A stretch of 64,000 bases of DNA. Origin: Desulfarculus sp. GTDB lineage: Bacteria; Desulfobacterota; Desulfarculia; Desulfarculales; Desulfarculaceae. Where the stretch lies: the NCBI GenBank assembly GCA_016208115.1, contig JACQYR010000168.1, positions 1,440 through 65,439 of the forward strand. The letters run 5' to 3'. Made by a program: the position numbers and the translations under genes. The first letter of the stretch is position 1. Each line of letters begins with the position of its first letter. The notes under the pieces are model-generated. The model was given only the letters and a program-made list of their open reading frames with translations, was not told the origin of the DNA and ran no database searches. Positions 29,069 through 37,965 of the stretch are shown here, in pieces.

Positions 29069-29487
29069 TAGAAATCCCTCAAGGTGCGGCGGCTGAAGAG
29101 CCGGGGAAAGCTGGCCGCCTCGGCGGCGTTGTTGGCCGGCTGGGCCGGGTCGGCCTGGCCCAGGCTCACCAGGCCCCTGGCGATGTTTTCCAGAAGCCGG
29201 CGGGCGTCCTCGTAGCGTTTGCGCCACTCTTCCGGCGCGCCGCCGCGCCGGGAGTGCAGGTGGTAGATGGCCATCTCCACGCTAAGCTTGCGCACCAGGG
29301 CGGGCACCGGGGAGAGCGGCAGGGCGTGCCGCCCCCCCAGGTAGCCCTCGATCTCGGCGTCGGCGTCGGCGATGGCCCTGAGCACCACGGCGCCGTCCAC
29401 GGCGCCAGCCCCGGCGTCGTCGGTCAGGTTGACCAACTGCTCCTCGGGCAGGCGCTCGCGCAGGTCGTCCAGGGTGCTGTAGGCCAT
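29068..29487 (-). CDS. Head-tail adaptor, Mu gp36 / DUF1320
   Basis: MAYSTLDDL...AIADADAEIEGYLGGRH.LPL...RYEDARRLLENIARG. Confidence 0.88.
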   Translation of the reverse strand: MAYSTLDDLRERLPEEQLVNLTDDAGAGAVDGAVVLRAIADADAEIEGYLGGRHALPLSPVPALVRKLSVEMAIYHLHSRRGGAPEEWRKRYEDARRLLENIARGLVSLGQADPAQPANNAAEAASFPRLFSRRTLRDF

Positions 29488-29490
29488 CGG

Positions 29491-29790
29491 TTACTCCTGG
29501 CCGCCGCCGGCCTTGTCGTCCTTGCCGGCCTCGTCGTCCTTGCCGGCCTCGTCCCGGGGACCGTTGCCCTTGCCCTTCTTGCCCTTGCCCTTGCCGAGGT
29601 CGCCCTCCGGGTCGGCCGACAGCTTGGTCTCCGGCTCGGCCAGGCGCTGGACCACCAACATGGGCTCGGCTTCGAGCACCGCCAGCTCCTCGGGGCTGAA
29701 GGTGCCGTCGGGAAACTCCTGGGCGCCCTCGGTGAAGTGGCGGCCCAGGCGCCAGAAGCCCTGCTTCTGGGTGCTGCGGATGCGGATCAT
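29491..29790 (-). CDS. HI1506/Mu gp35-like small protein
   Basis: GFWRLGRHF...FSPEELAVLEAEPMLVV; C-terminal DEAGKD tandem repeats. Confidence 0.7.
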   Translation of the reverse strand: MIRIRSTQKQGFWRLGRHFTEGAQEFPDGTFSPEELAVLEAEPMLVVQRLAEPETKLSADPEGDLGKGKGKKGKGNGPRDEAGKDDEAGKDDKAGGGQE

Positions 29791-29816
29791 GCTCTTGCGC
29801 TCCTTTCTACAGAATC

Positions 29817-30698
29817 TTAAGCCAGCCAGGGGCTGACCAGCAGCTCGGCGGTCTTGAACCAGGGGTTGTCGGCGCCGGCGGCGTCCTTTTCCTTGGTGAG
29901 CAGCGAGCGGCCCGCGCTCTCCAGGGTGGGCGGTACCACCACCAGGTCCGGCACCAGGCCCAGGGGGTCACCGTTTTCTTTCTTGTAGGACATGACGGCG
30001 GCCCGGGCAGCGGCGTAGTAGGTGGCGTCCAGGGTCTGCTTGGAGCCGTAGGCCAGTTGCCACAGGCCGTAACCCGCATTGCCCCGGTAGTCCACGCCGT
30101 AGCGGAACATCTTGCTCCGGAAAGCGGCCTCGTCGGTGGGCCGGTCCTGGGCCACCAACTCCGGCTTCTTGCGGTCCTGGAAGATGAAGGGCTTGAGCGG
30201 ATAGGTGGTGCACAGCAGGTACCAGGCCGTGCCCGAGCCCCCGCCGGTGTTGCTCACCGTGGTTTCGCCCACCGGGTGGTCGCTGTCGAAGAAGTACTGG
30301 CCGTCGTAGCACTGGCCGGTGAAGCCGCCCTTGAGCAGGTTGAATACGAGCTTGGTGGGATGCTGTTTGGCCCCCATGCCGAGCTGCTGAAACATGGGGG
30401 CGTAGACCCCGTAGATGTCATCGGCGACGTCGTCGCGGTCCACCTCCACGGTGGCCTCGAAGCTCTTGTTGATAATGGAGTACTTGTGAGCGGCCAGGGC
30501 GTTGATCACGCGATCGCCGATCCACTCGCGCATGGCCGGGAAGTTGCCCAGCCAGCCGTACTCCATCGTGCGCACCTGCCCGCTGGGGACCACGGTGGCG
30601 ATGCGCTCGTGCCCACTAGGCGTGTTGGCGTAGGCTTCCAGGAACATGGTCTCGAAGCTCTTGCTGAGCGCCGCCAAGGATTCACCGTTTACGATCAT
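29817..30698 (-). CDS. Major capsid protein (Mu gpT family)
   Basis: Start MIVNGESL with AGGAGG SD; YGWLGNFPAMREWIGDR, CYDGQYFFDSDHPV, KPFIFQDR, YGLWQLAYGS. Confidence 0.93.
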   Translation of the reverse strand: MIVNGESLAALSKSFETMFLEAYANTPSGHERIATVVPSGQVRTMEYGWLGNFPAMREWIGDRVINALAAHKYSIINKSFEATVEVDRDDVADDIYGVYAPMFQQLGMGAKQHPTKLVFNLLKGGFTGQCYDGQYFFDSDHPVGETTVSNTGGGSGTAWYLLCTTYPLKPFIFQDRKKPELVAQDRPTDEAAFRSKMFRYGVDYRGNAGYGLWQLAYGSKQTLDATYYAAARAAVMSYKKENGDPLGLVPDLVVVPPTLESAGRSLLTKEKDAAGADNPWFKTAELLVSPWLA

Positions 30699-30712
30699 GG
30701 AAATCCTCCTTC

Positions 30713-31387
30713 TTAGCCGATGGCCACCCACCCGGAGGTGGCCGAGACGTACTGGACCAGGGTGCCGGCCTCCACGGCGGCGGCGCCGTGGCTGTAGCTG
30801 GCGGTGATGGCCGTGTCGTCGTCCGGGGCCGTCGTGAAATACAGGCTGTAGTGGCCGCTGGCGTAGTCTATGAAACCCACGCCGGCGTTGCCTGAAAGGC
30901 GGCCCTGGCCGTCGTCGGTCATGGCCTTGGCGGCCGCGCCCACCGTGGCGGCGATGCTCACGCTGCCCGGGTCCACGGCCCCGTGGGCCAGCATGCCCGT
31001 GAACACCTTGAGCGTGCCGCCGGCGTCGGCCACCAGGGACTCGGCGCTCACCGCCGTGCCGGTGGGCCGGGCACCCACCGTCTCGTCGTCCACCACGTAG
31101 ACCTTCTCGCCCACCATCGCCTGGGTGAGCGAGCTGCCCTTGAGCAAGGCCACGCACTTGCGGCGGACCACGCCGCTAATGGCGCCGGCGGCGCCGGCGC
31201 TGTTGTCGGCGGCGGCCATGCTCAGGCCGGCCACCACCAAACCGGCGGTGGCGGCGGCCGGGGTCAGGTAGCCGGCGGCGCTGATGGCCGCCAGCGAGCC
31301 GGCGAAGACCTTGGCGGCGGCGGCCAGCGGGTATTCCTGGTCCAGGCCGTCGCGGTACTGGGTGGCGCGATCAGCGCTCAGGCTCAT
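30713..31387 (-). CDS. Head decoration/cement protein with inserted domain
   Basis: YPLAAAAKVFAGSL...ADNSAGAAGAI...VYVVDDETV family pattern; located between the protease and capsid genes. Confidence 0.7.
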   Translation of the reverse strand: MSLSADRATQYRDGLDQEYPLAAAAKVFAGSLAAISAAGYLTPAAATAGLVVAGLSMAAADNSAGAAGAISGVVRRKCVALLKGSSLTQAMVGEKVYVVDDETVGARPTGTAVSAESLVADAGGTLKVFTGMLAHGAVDPGSVSIAATVGAAAKAMTDDGQGRLSGNAGVGFIDYASGHYSLYFTTAPDDDTAITASYSHGAAAVEAGTLVQYVSATSGWVAIG

Positions 31388-31388
31388 G

Positions 31389-32513
31389 TCACACCTCCTC
31401 GCTGGCGGGGTTGTGCTTCTTGAACACCTCCGGGGAGATGCCCAGCATGCTGTTCACCTCGGCCTGCACGCCCTCCGGGGCGCCGCCGGCGGCCTGGCGC
31501 TGGGGAGCCTTGGGCAGGCCGCCCATCGGCACCACCACGGGCGCCACGTTAAGGTAGGCCTCGCAGCCCTTGGGGTCCGTCTTGGCCCAGGCCAGCACCT
31601 GATCCTTGGTGGCCGGGGTGATCTTGCCCTCCTTCAGGCCCCGATCCACCAGGCGGTTGGCCTGGCGCTCCACCTCGGCCCGTTCCAGGTCGGCCAGGCG
31701 GCCCTGCATCTGGGCCAACTGGGCCGAGCCTTCCGCCAGGCCACGGATGGCCCCCAGGGCCTCGCTTTCCCCGGCGCCGGGCCGAAGCTTCAGGGCCTCC
31801 AGCAGGCTGTTGGGAATGGCCGTGACGCCGGCAGGAGGCGCGGCCTTGGCCTTGTTGACCTCGACCTTCACCGCCTCCAGCACCTTCTGGGGCTCGGCCT
31901 TGTCGTCCAGGCCCACCAAGGTGCGCAGCGTGGCTAGCAGGCCGCGGCCGCTATTGATGGCCTGCTCCGTGGCCTCCAGCACCTGGGATTCGCCGGCCTC
32001 CGGCCCCAGGGCCAGGGCCTTCCTCAGTCGCTCCAACCAGTTCATGCTCACGTCTCCCTTGTTCAAGATTGGGGGAAAGTTGTCTATGCGCGGCACGTTG
32101 GTGAGCGCCAGGTCGGTCAATCCCACCACCCGCCGGCTGTCCACCTCCACCCAGAGCACCGGGCTCAGGTAGCGGTACTCGCGGTTGGCCACGTAGGCCC
32201 GTCCGCGCTCGGTCCATTGCACGCGGCCCCACAGGCCGTCCGGCCGGGCCGCCAACTCCTTGACCCAGCCGGCCGCCGGCGCCTGGCCGCCCTCGTGGGT
32301 CTGGTGCTCATAGTCGATCACCAGGTCCGCGCCGTGGGCGCTCTGGGAGGCCATGATCTGGGCCAGCGCCGCCTGGTCCACCAGATACTCCACGCCATCC
32401 ACCGTGGTCAGCCGGCCGGCGGGCAACAGATGCACCCACTCGGGCGCCTCCGCCCCGCTGGCGTTCAGTTCGATCAGACGGGCCTTGACTTTGTCCATTT
32501 CAGGCCTCAACAT
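31389..32513 (-). CDS. Mu gpI-like prohead protease with C-terminal scaffold
   Basis: WVHLLPAG, VIDYEHQT, APAAGWV, WTERG, EYRYLSPV, ALTNVP; probable internal scaffold start MNWLE at 32045 after AAGGGAG. Confidence 0.9.
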   Translation of the reverse strand: MLRPEMDKVKARLIELNASGAEAPEWVHLLPAGRLTTVDGVEYLVDQAALAQIMASQSAHGADLVIDYEHQTHEGGQAPAAGWVKELAARPDGLWGRVQWTERGRAYVANREYRYLSPVLWVEVDSRRVVGLTDLALTNVPRIDNFPPILNKGDVSMNWLERLRKALALGPEAGESQVLEATEQAINSGRGLLATLRTLVGLDDKAEPQKVLEAVKVEVNKAKAAPPAGVTAIPNSLLEALKLRPGAGESEALGAIRGLAEGSAQLAQMQGRLADLERAEVERQANRLVDRGLKEGKITPATKDQVLAWAKTDPKGCEAYLNVAPVVVPMGGLPKAPQRQAAGGAPEGVQAEVNSMLGISPEVFKKHNPASEEV

Positions 32514-32594
32514 AAAATCGTGAGCCCGGTTGGGACCCCCCGATAACTGGGAAGCACGTGCGCGGGGCGGGCGTCGCCCTTAGCGCAGTCCACC

Positions 32595-35453
32595 TCAAGG
32601 CTGCCTCCCGAAAAGGAGCAGCCCGGTTCTTTTTTGGGCCAAGGTGCGGTCGCTCAAGGGCAAGGCGTTGAAGGCCTCCCACACCCCGCGCTGGAACTCG
32701 GCCACGGCCAGCAAGCCCTCCGGCTCGCCACTCTCAAAGGCCTTGATGTAATAGCGCCGCAGGCTTATGCGGCCATCAGGCGTGGCCCCCGGGACCAGCC
32801 ATATCTCGTCGGCCTGCTCCACGGCCTTGCGGGCCAGGGGCAGGTAGCGGCCGCGCGCCAGGTCGCCCAGGTTGGCCAGCACGTGGTCCACGGTGCGGCC
32901 GGCCAGCACCGCGCCGTCGCCGCGCGCGTCGGTGAAGGGCAAGTCCAGCAGTTCCCCGTCGGCCCCGGCCCCCAGGCCCAGGGCCTGGACCGTCTCCCGG
33001 CGGTAGGCCTGGCGCACCGCCTCAGGAGAGCCCAGCGCACGTAGCAAGTCCTCGGGATGATCGGGCAACTTGGGGGCTGGGGCCGGCGCTGGCAGGACGC
33101 CAGGCCGGTCCGGGTGGGGCACCAAGTCGGGGCGATAACGCCAGCCGCCCGGCCGCGAGTAACCGCCCAGGGCCGCCTCCACCAGGCCACGGCCCCAACC
33201 GGCCTCGCCCACGTTGTAGGCCCAGCCCTGGTCCGGCTGGTCATCGGTGCCCCTGGTTTCCACCCGATAACCCCTGGCCTGCACCTCCCCCTCGCTCAGG
33301 CTTTGCACATCGCAGCGGCAATTGAAGCCGTTGGGCGGGTACCAGCGGGCCCAGAAGGGGTGGCCGGCCTGATAGACCTTGCCGTGCTGGGCGGCGTGGA
33401 CCGGGCGCGTGGCCGCGTCCATCACCGCCTGGTAGCGCCAGTAGGGCCGCGATCCCGCCACGGCCGCCATCTGCTGGTAGCGCCCGGCGGAATAGGCCGA
33501 TTGCAGTTGGCCGCGAAACACCGTCTCCAGGTGCCAGGGTTTGGGGCCGGCCAGGCCCCGCGCCGCGAAAATGTCCCCCGCCCGGGCCTGGAAGTCCGCC
33601 AGGGTGGAGCCGTCGCGCAGGGCTTGGTCCACGGCCCGATACAGCTCGCTGAGCACGTCCTCGCGGTATATCCCCGCCACGGTGAAGGCCATCTGGCGGG
33701 CGTCCTCGCTCAGGGCCGCGAAGATCTCGGGGCTCACCGGTGCCCGGCGGCCGAAGAAATCCAGGGCCTCGCTGGGCTCCAAGGGCTCGGCCAGGAAGGC
33801 TGTGGCGTTCATCTCTTGCCGGATAGGTCGGCGGTTGGCGAAGCGGTGGTTAAGTGAGACCGGCCGGGGCGCGGCACCGGAGTCATCCAGCACGGCCGCC
33901 AGACCGTCCAGGCGGGCGGCCAAGGCGGCGCGCGCCAGGGGCTGGGCCAGGGCGGTCAAGTTCTGCTGGAGCAGGACTCGCGGGGCGCTATCCAGCAGTT
34001 CTTCCAGGCTGGAGAAGGCTACGTCTGCACTCCTCGCCACTCGACGGACCAGGGAATCGGCGGCGCCGGCGGCCTGGGCCAGGGCCGAATCGCCCAGGCT
34101 GTCCACAGCGGCCTGGGCCGAGCCGGCCGGGGCCGCCAGGGAGTTGACCTCGCGGCGGCGGTTTGCCTTGGCCTGGGTGTCGGCCGGACCAGCGGGGGCC
34201 TCGGCCCCGCTGCCCAGCAGTTCCTCGCCCGCCTCGGGCGCCGGCACCCCGAAGGCGTCGTAGATGTGGGTCAAGCCCAGGGGCAGGCCCATGCCCTGCA
34301 ACGTCTGGTACATCTTGCTCTTGGCCGCCAAGTTCTCGGGCGCCTGGATGGCGAAGCGGAACCAGGGCACCGGCGCGTCGGCCCCGAAGTTGAACACGGC
34401 CAGGGGTTGGAGCACCTGCTGGCGCAGGGTCTTCTCCAGGGCATAGGCGTCGGCGTCGCGTAGGTCCAGGCGCACTTCGTCGTGCACCTTGGCCGCGCCG
34501 TAGCTCCCCACCTGGCCCTGGTCGCTGGTCAAGGTTTGGCCGAGTATTGCCTTGGAGCAGGCGCGGTCGCAGAAGGCGGCCAGGCGCTCGAAGGCCAGTT
34601 GACCACCGCCGGTGGCCTTGGCCTCGACAAATTCCAGCTTGGTCCCCTCGCTGACGATGGCCGCGCCGTCGCTGCCCAGCTCCAGGAGAGCCTGCTTCAG
34701 GGCCTGCTTGTCATCCTCGCTTGCGCCGTTGGGGTAGGTGCCGTAGCGCAAGGGCATGCCAAATAGCTCGCAGAAGGCCGCCCAGTCCTTCACCGCGTAA
34801 TTTTTGAACATCCACCACCAGGCGCAAGTCCGCATGACTCCGGCGCGCACGTCCAGGCCGGAGCGGGCCTTGTGGCGGTGGTAGACCACCTTCCAGGCGG
34901 GGATCTCCACGCCGCGCGTCTGCTCCTCGTCGGTGGCCAGGCGAGGCACGCCGGCGTCGTCCCAGCGGGTGCGCTCCTGGGGGACCCAGCGCCAGCCGAT
35001 GATCACCGCCCGCCCCGCCACGATCTCCCAGAGCAGCTCGTGCATGCTCCAGCCCTGGGGGACCGCGTCCAGCATACCCAGGAGCAGATCGTCCAGGTCC
35101 TCCAAGCCCCAGAGCACCTCGCGGCAGAACTCCATCACCTTCTGGGCGCGGGCATCGTCGGAGGCTGGTTGCAGGTCGTACTCGAGCCCCAGCACGGCCT
35201 GCTTGCGCATGTGCAACTGGCTGCTGATATGAGCGTCTTTTTCCTCGACCTCGCGGAACAGCTCGGCCTGGCGCTCGGGCATGCCATCATCGGCCTCGCG
35301 CAGCAGGCGGGCCAGGCGGGCGGGCGTCAGGCCCCGGCTGGGATAAGTGGCCCAGCGGTCGCGCACCGAGGGCAGGTAGATCGGGCGGGTGTCGGGCCGG
35401 GGCTTGGAGCCCTGGACCGGTCGGCCGAATTGATCCACCAAGCCGCCCATCAC
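32595..35453 (-). CDS. Portal (Mu gp29/DUF935) fused to MuF (gp30) and a C-terminal PBECR2-like nuclease domain
   Basis: GLTPARLARLL, EEKDAHI, FGMPLR.G.Y, SKAILGQTLT (portal); AFTVAG, YSAGRY, RPYWRY, HPFW...PPNGFNCRC (MuF); DEIW...RRYYIK...RTGLLLFGR. Confidence 0.88.
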   Translation of the reverse strand: MMGGLVDQFGRPVQGSKPRPDTRPIYLPSVRDRWATYPSRGLTPARLARLLREADDGMPERQAELFREVEEKDAHISSQLHMRKQAVLGLEYDLQPASDDARAQKVMEFCREVLWGLEDLDDLLLGMLDAVPQGWSMHELLWEIVAGRAVIIGWRWVPQERTRWDDAGVPRLATDEEQTRGVEIPAWKVVYHRHKARSGLDVRAGVMRTCAWWWMFKNYAVKDWAAFCELFGMPLRYGTYPNGASEDDKQALKQALLELGSDGAAIVSEGTKLEFVEAKATGGGQLAFERLAAFCDRACSKAILGQTLTSDQGQVGSYGAAKVHDEVRLDLRDADAYALEKTLRQQVLQPLAVFNFGADAPVPWFRFAIQAPENLAAKSKMYQTLQGMGLPLGLTHIYDAFGVPAPEAGEELLGSGAEAPAGPADTQAKANRRREVNSLAAPAGSAQAAVDSLGDSALAQAAGAADSLVRRVARSADVAFSSLEELLDSAPRVLLQQNLTALAQPLARAALAARLDGLAAVLDDSGAAPRPVSLNHRFANRRPIRQEMNATAFLAEPLEPSEALDFFGRRAPVSPEIFAALSEDARQMAFTVAGIYREDVLSELYRAVDQALRDGSTLADFQARAGDIFAARGLAGPKPWHLETVFRGQLQSAYSAGRYQQMAAVAGSRPYWRYQAVMDAATRPVHAAQHGKVYQAGHPFWARWYPPNGFNCRCDVQSLSEGEVQARGYRVETRGTDDQPDQGWAYNVGEAGWGRGLVEAALGGYSRPGGWRYRPDLVPHPDRPGVLPAPAPAPKLPDHPEDLLRALGSPEAVRQAYRRETVQALGLGAGADGELLDLPFTDARGDGAVLAGRTVDHVLANLGDLARGRYLPLARKAVEQADEIWLVPGATPDGRISLRRYYIKAFESGEPEGLLAVAEFQRGVWEAFNALPLSDRTLAQKRTGLLLFGRQP

Positions 35454-36604
35454 CAGGTCCCCCGGCCCAGGCCGGCCAGTGCCCGCTTGGCGCCCACCGT
35501 CTCATGCTCGATCACCGCCGCCGGTTGGCTGGCGGCGTGCAGGGCCAGCATGTGAGCCCAGAACTCGTCGGCGTGGCCGGCCTCGGAGCGGTCCGCGTCG
35601 AAGCGCGGGTTGCCCGCGCTGGTGGTGGTCTTCCTGACCGCGTGATGGCTTTCGCGTATGGCCCGCTGGGCGGGGATCCGCGTGCGCCGGTCCTCGAAAA
35701 GCTGCTTGCCGTTGGTGGCCAGGTCTTGCTTGACCGGTCCGCTGAAGACCACTCCCTCCACCCGGTGTTTTCCGTGGCGGGCCTGGGCGTCCTCCACCAT
35801 CTTCTCGCCCATGCCGGTCTGGTCCATGCAACAGCGCACCACCCGGTAGAATTCGAACACCCGGTCCAGGGCAACATCCTGGACCGCGAAGGGGGCGTTC
35901 TTGAGGGCGATAACCTCCCGGGTCCAGAAGACATCACCCACCTGCTCGTCCACCCAAATCACGGTCTGGTCGCGGCGGCGGCCGATGTCCATGCCCACGT
36001 AGCAGGGACCGCCCAGGTAGCGGGTGGGGTCGCCAGCGCCGTCGTCCTCGCAGGCGGTGATCAGCTCCCAGGTCAACCAGGCGCTGGCCTCGTCCACCGG
36101 CTGGCACATGTACTCCTGGAGGTAGGTCTCCTCGTCGCCGGCGATGTCGCGGCAATCCTGCAAGAAAGCCCGCACCTCCTCCGGGGTGGGCTGGCGGCCC
36201 ATGATCTTTTCCACCAGGCCCTGGGCCACCGCGTCCTCGATGGTCACGGTGTGCAAGGACCACTTGTTGCCCTTCTTGGCGTCGGCCACCATGCGGGCGT
36301 AGCGGTTGCCCTTGCCGTTGTAGGTGGAGACCACCCGGGCCGGGAAGCCCCAGGTGATGATGGGCGCGGCCGCCTTCCAGAGGGCCTCGGGGTCGTTGTG
36401 GAAGGCGAATTCGTACAGGACCAGCTTGCCGCCCTTGGAGCGGAAGGCGCGGGGGACGTCCAGCCCGCCGTCATCGGGGCAGGCGTCGCGCACGTCCTCG
36501 TAGCTCTGGACGTAGGTGAAACCAATACGGCGTGACTTCTCGGCGATCTTCAGGCGGGATCGGTCGGCCAGCCATTTTTCCTGGTAGGGCAGAAAGTATC
36601 CCAT
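35450..36604 (-). CDS. Terminase large subunit (Mu gp28-like), apparently degenerate ATPase domain
   Basis: LPYQ, EKSRRIG Walker A, VVST.NG, GMDIGRRRD, DQTGMG, HADEFWA; Walker B reads LVLYEFAF and sits unusually close to Walker A. Confidence 0.85.
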   Translation of the reverse strand: MGYFLPYQEKWLADRSRLKIAEKSRRIGFTYVQSYEDVRDACPDDGGLDVPRAFRSKGGKLVLYEFAFHNDPEALWKAAAPIITWGFPARVVSTYNGKGNRYARMVADAKKGNKWSLHTVTIEDAVAQGLVEKIMGRQPTPEEVRAFLQDCRDIAGDEETYLQEYMCQPVDEASAWLTWELITACEDDGAGDPTRYLGGPCYVGMDIGRRRDQTVIWVDEQVGDVFWTREVIALKNAPFAVQDVALDRVFEFYRVVRCCMDQTGMGEKMVEDAQARHGKHRVEGVVFSGPVKQDLATNGKQLFEDRRTRIPAQRAIRESHHAVRKTTTSAGNPRFDADRSEAGHADEFWAHMLALHAASQPAAVIEHETVGAKRALAGLGRGTW

Positions 36605-36607
36605 AGC

Positions 36608-37168
36608 CTACAATCCCAGGATTTCCTTCTCGATCTTTTCGATGGTCTCCCGGCTGATGCCGCCCTTGGCCGCCCGCTGGTCAACCGCCCCGCGTCCCGC
36701 CTGCTCCCTGGCCCGGGCCAGCTTTTCACGCTCCAGCTCCACCCGGGCCATGCCGTTCATGGTCTCCAACGCCCGGGCCACGGCCTTGAGCACCGCCGGG
36801 TCGCCGGTTTCGTCATCCAGGAGGGCCTCGGCGGCCTGGGCCGCCAGCAGCTTGGCCAGGGCGCCGAAGCCGTCCAGGCTGGGCTGGGCCTGGAACTGGC
36901 GCACCAGGCCCTCCAAGGCCAAGGCCTTCTCGCCGCGCCGGCGCAGCCGCCGCAGCTTGGCGTAGGCCATCGTCAGCGCCGTGCGGCTGATCTGGTGGCC
37001 CTGGCGGTTCAGCAGGGCCGCGGCCTCCTCCAGGGTCAACTGGCCGCTGTCCAAGCCGGCGATCACCTGGTCGCGCACCCCTACCGGCAGCCGGCCGAAC
37101 TCCGAGCGGTCCTTGCGCTCGGCCTCCAGCACCGGCGCCCACAGGCCCTGGTCCTGGGGCTCGCTCAT
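36608..37168 (-). CDS. Mu gp27/DUF3486-like protein (probable small terminase)
   Basis: RSEFGRLP, GHQISRTAL, C-terminal GISRETIEKIEKEILGL; directly upstream of TerL. Confidence 0.7.
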   Translation of the reverse strand: MSEPQDQGLWAPVLEAERKDRSEFGRLPVGVRDQVIAGLDSGQLTLEEAAALLNRQGHQISRTALTMAYAKLRRLRRRGEKALALEGLVRQFQAQPSLDGFGALAKLLAAQAAEALLDDETGDPAVLKAVARALETMNGMARVELEREKLARAREQAGRGAVDQRAAKGGISRETIEKIEKEILGL

Positions 37169-37183
37169 TGGCAGGCCCCGCGC

Positions 37184-37492
37184 TCAAGCACCCGGATGGC
37201 CGCCCGGGTGCGGAACTGGGCCGCCGCCAGGCGCAGCGGCCGCAGGCTCCGCTCCAGGCGCCGGCGCAGCAGGGCTTGGCGCAGCAGAGTCAGCACGGCA
37301 GCCCCGCGACAGCCCCGCCAGCATGGCCGCCTGGCACAGCTCGCGGTTCAGCTCGTAGAGGCGCTTGTTCTCGGCCCGGGCCTCGCCCAGTTGCCCCCAC
37401 AGGGCACGCACCGCCGCGCACAGCGCCGCGATCACCGCCAAGGCCAAGGCCAGGGCGGCCAGCGGGTGCGAGGCCAACGCTGTCCAATCCAC
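37184..37492 (-). CDS. Membrane-anchored coiled-coil hypothetical protein
   Basis: N-terminal hydrophobic helix followed by a heptad-like segment; the 3' third may belong to another small ORF in a different frame. Confidence 0.45.
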   Translation of the reverse strand: MDWTALASHPLAALALALAVIAALCAAVRALWGQLGEARAENKRLYELNRELCQAAMLAGLSRGCRADSAAPSPAAPAPGAEPAAAAPGGGPVPHPGGHPGA

Positions 37493-37498
37493 GTGCCA

Positions 37499-37957
37499 TC
37501 AGCCCTTCAACTTCTTGTCCAGCAGGTCACCCTTTTCACGCAGCAGGGCCATGCGGGCCTGGCTCTCGCCCCGCGAGCGCAGGTAGTTGCCCTGGTCAAT
37601 GGCGTCCAGACCCTGGGCCAGTTCGGCGTCCCCCGCCGACTGCACCGTGCGCATGGCGTTGAGCAGCTCGCCGGCGCCGCCCCGGCCCAGCACCTTGTGC
37701 AGGGCGCCGGACTGGGCCAGCATGGCCAGGTCGGTCAGCACGCTGGACAGCTCCTCCTGCTCGTTCTGGGGCCGGTGGCCGTCATCGCCTCCCTCGGCCA
37801 GCTGGAGATGGAGCATTTCCAGCTTCATCATCAGGATGGCCGCCAGGTCGTCGGCCTGCTGCTCCAGGGGAGACTTCTGGTCGTGATGGCGGCCGTTGGT
37901 CCGGCAGAAGGCGATCAGTTCCCGGCGCAGCCGGTCAACGTCCTCGATGGTCCTCAT
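37499..37957 (-). CDS. Hypothetical protein
   Basis: Good SD (GGGGGA) and high-GC3 codon usage; in the late operon. Confidence 0.65.
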   Translation of the reverse strand: MRTIEDVDRLRRELIAFCRTNGRHHDQKSPLEQQADDLAAILMMKLEMLHLQLAEGGDDGHRPQNEQEELSSVLTDLAMLAQSGALHKVLGRGGAGELLNAMRTVQSAGDAELAQGLDAIDQGNYLRSRGESQARMALLREKGDLLDKKLKG

Positions 37958-37965
37958 TGATCCCC

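Noticed and set aside
29508-29553. 18-bp tandem repeat as a regulatory or contingency locus
   Set aside because: In-frame low-complexity DEAGKD tail of the gp35-like protein.
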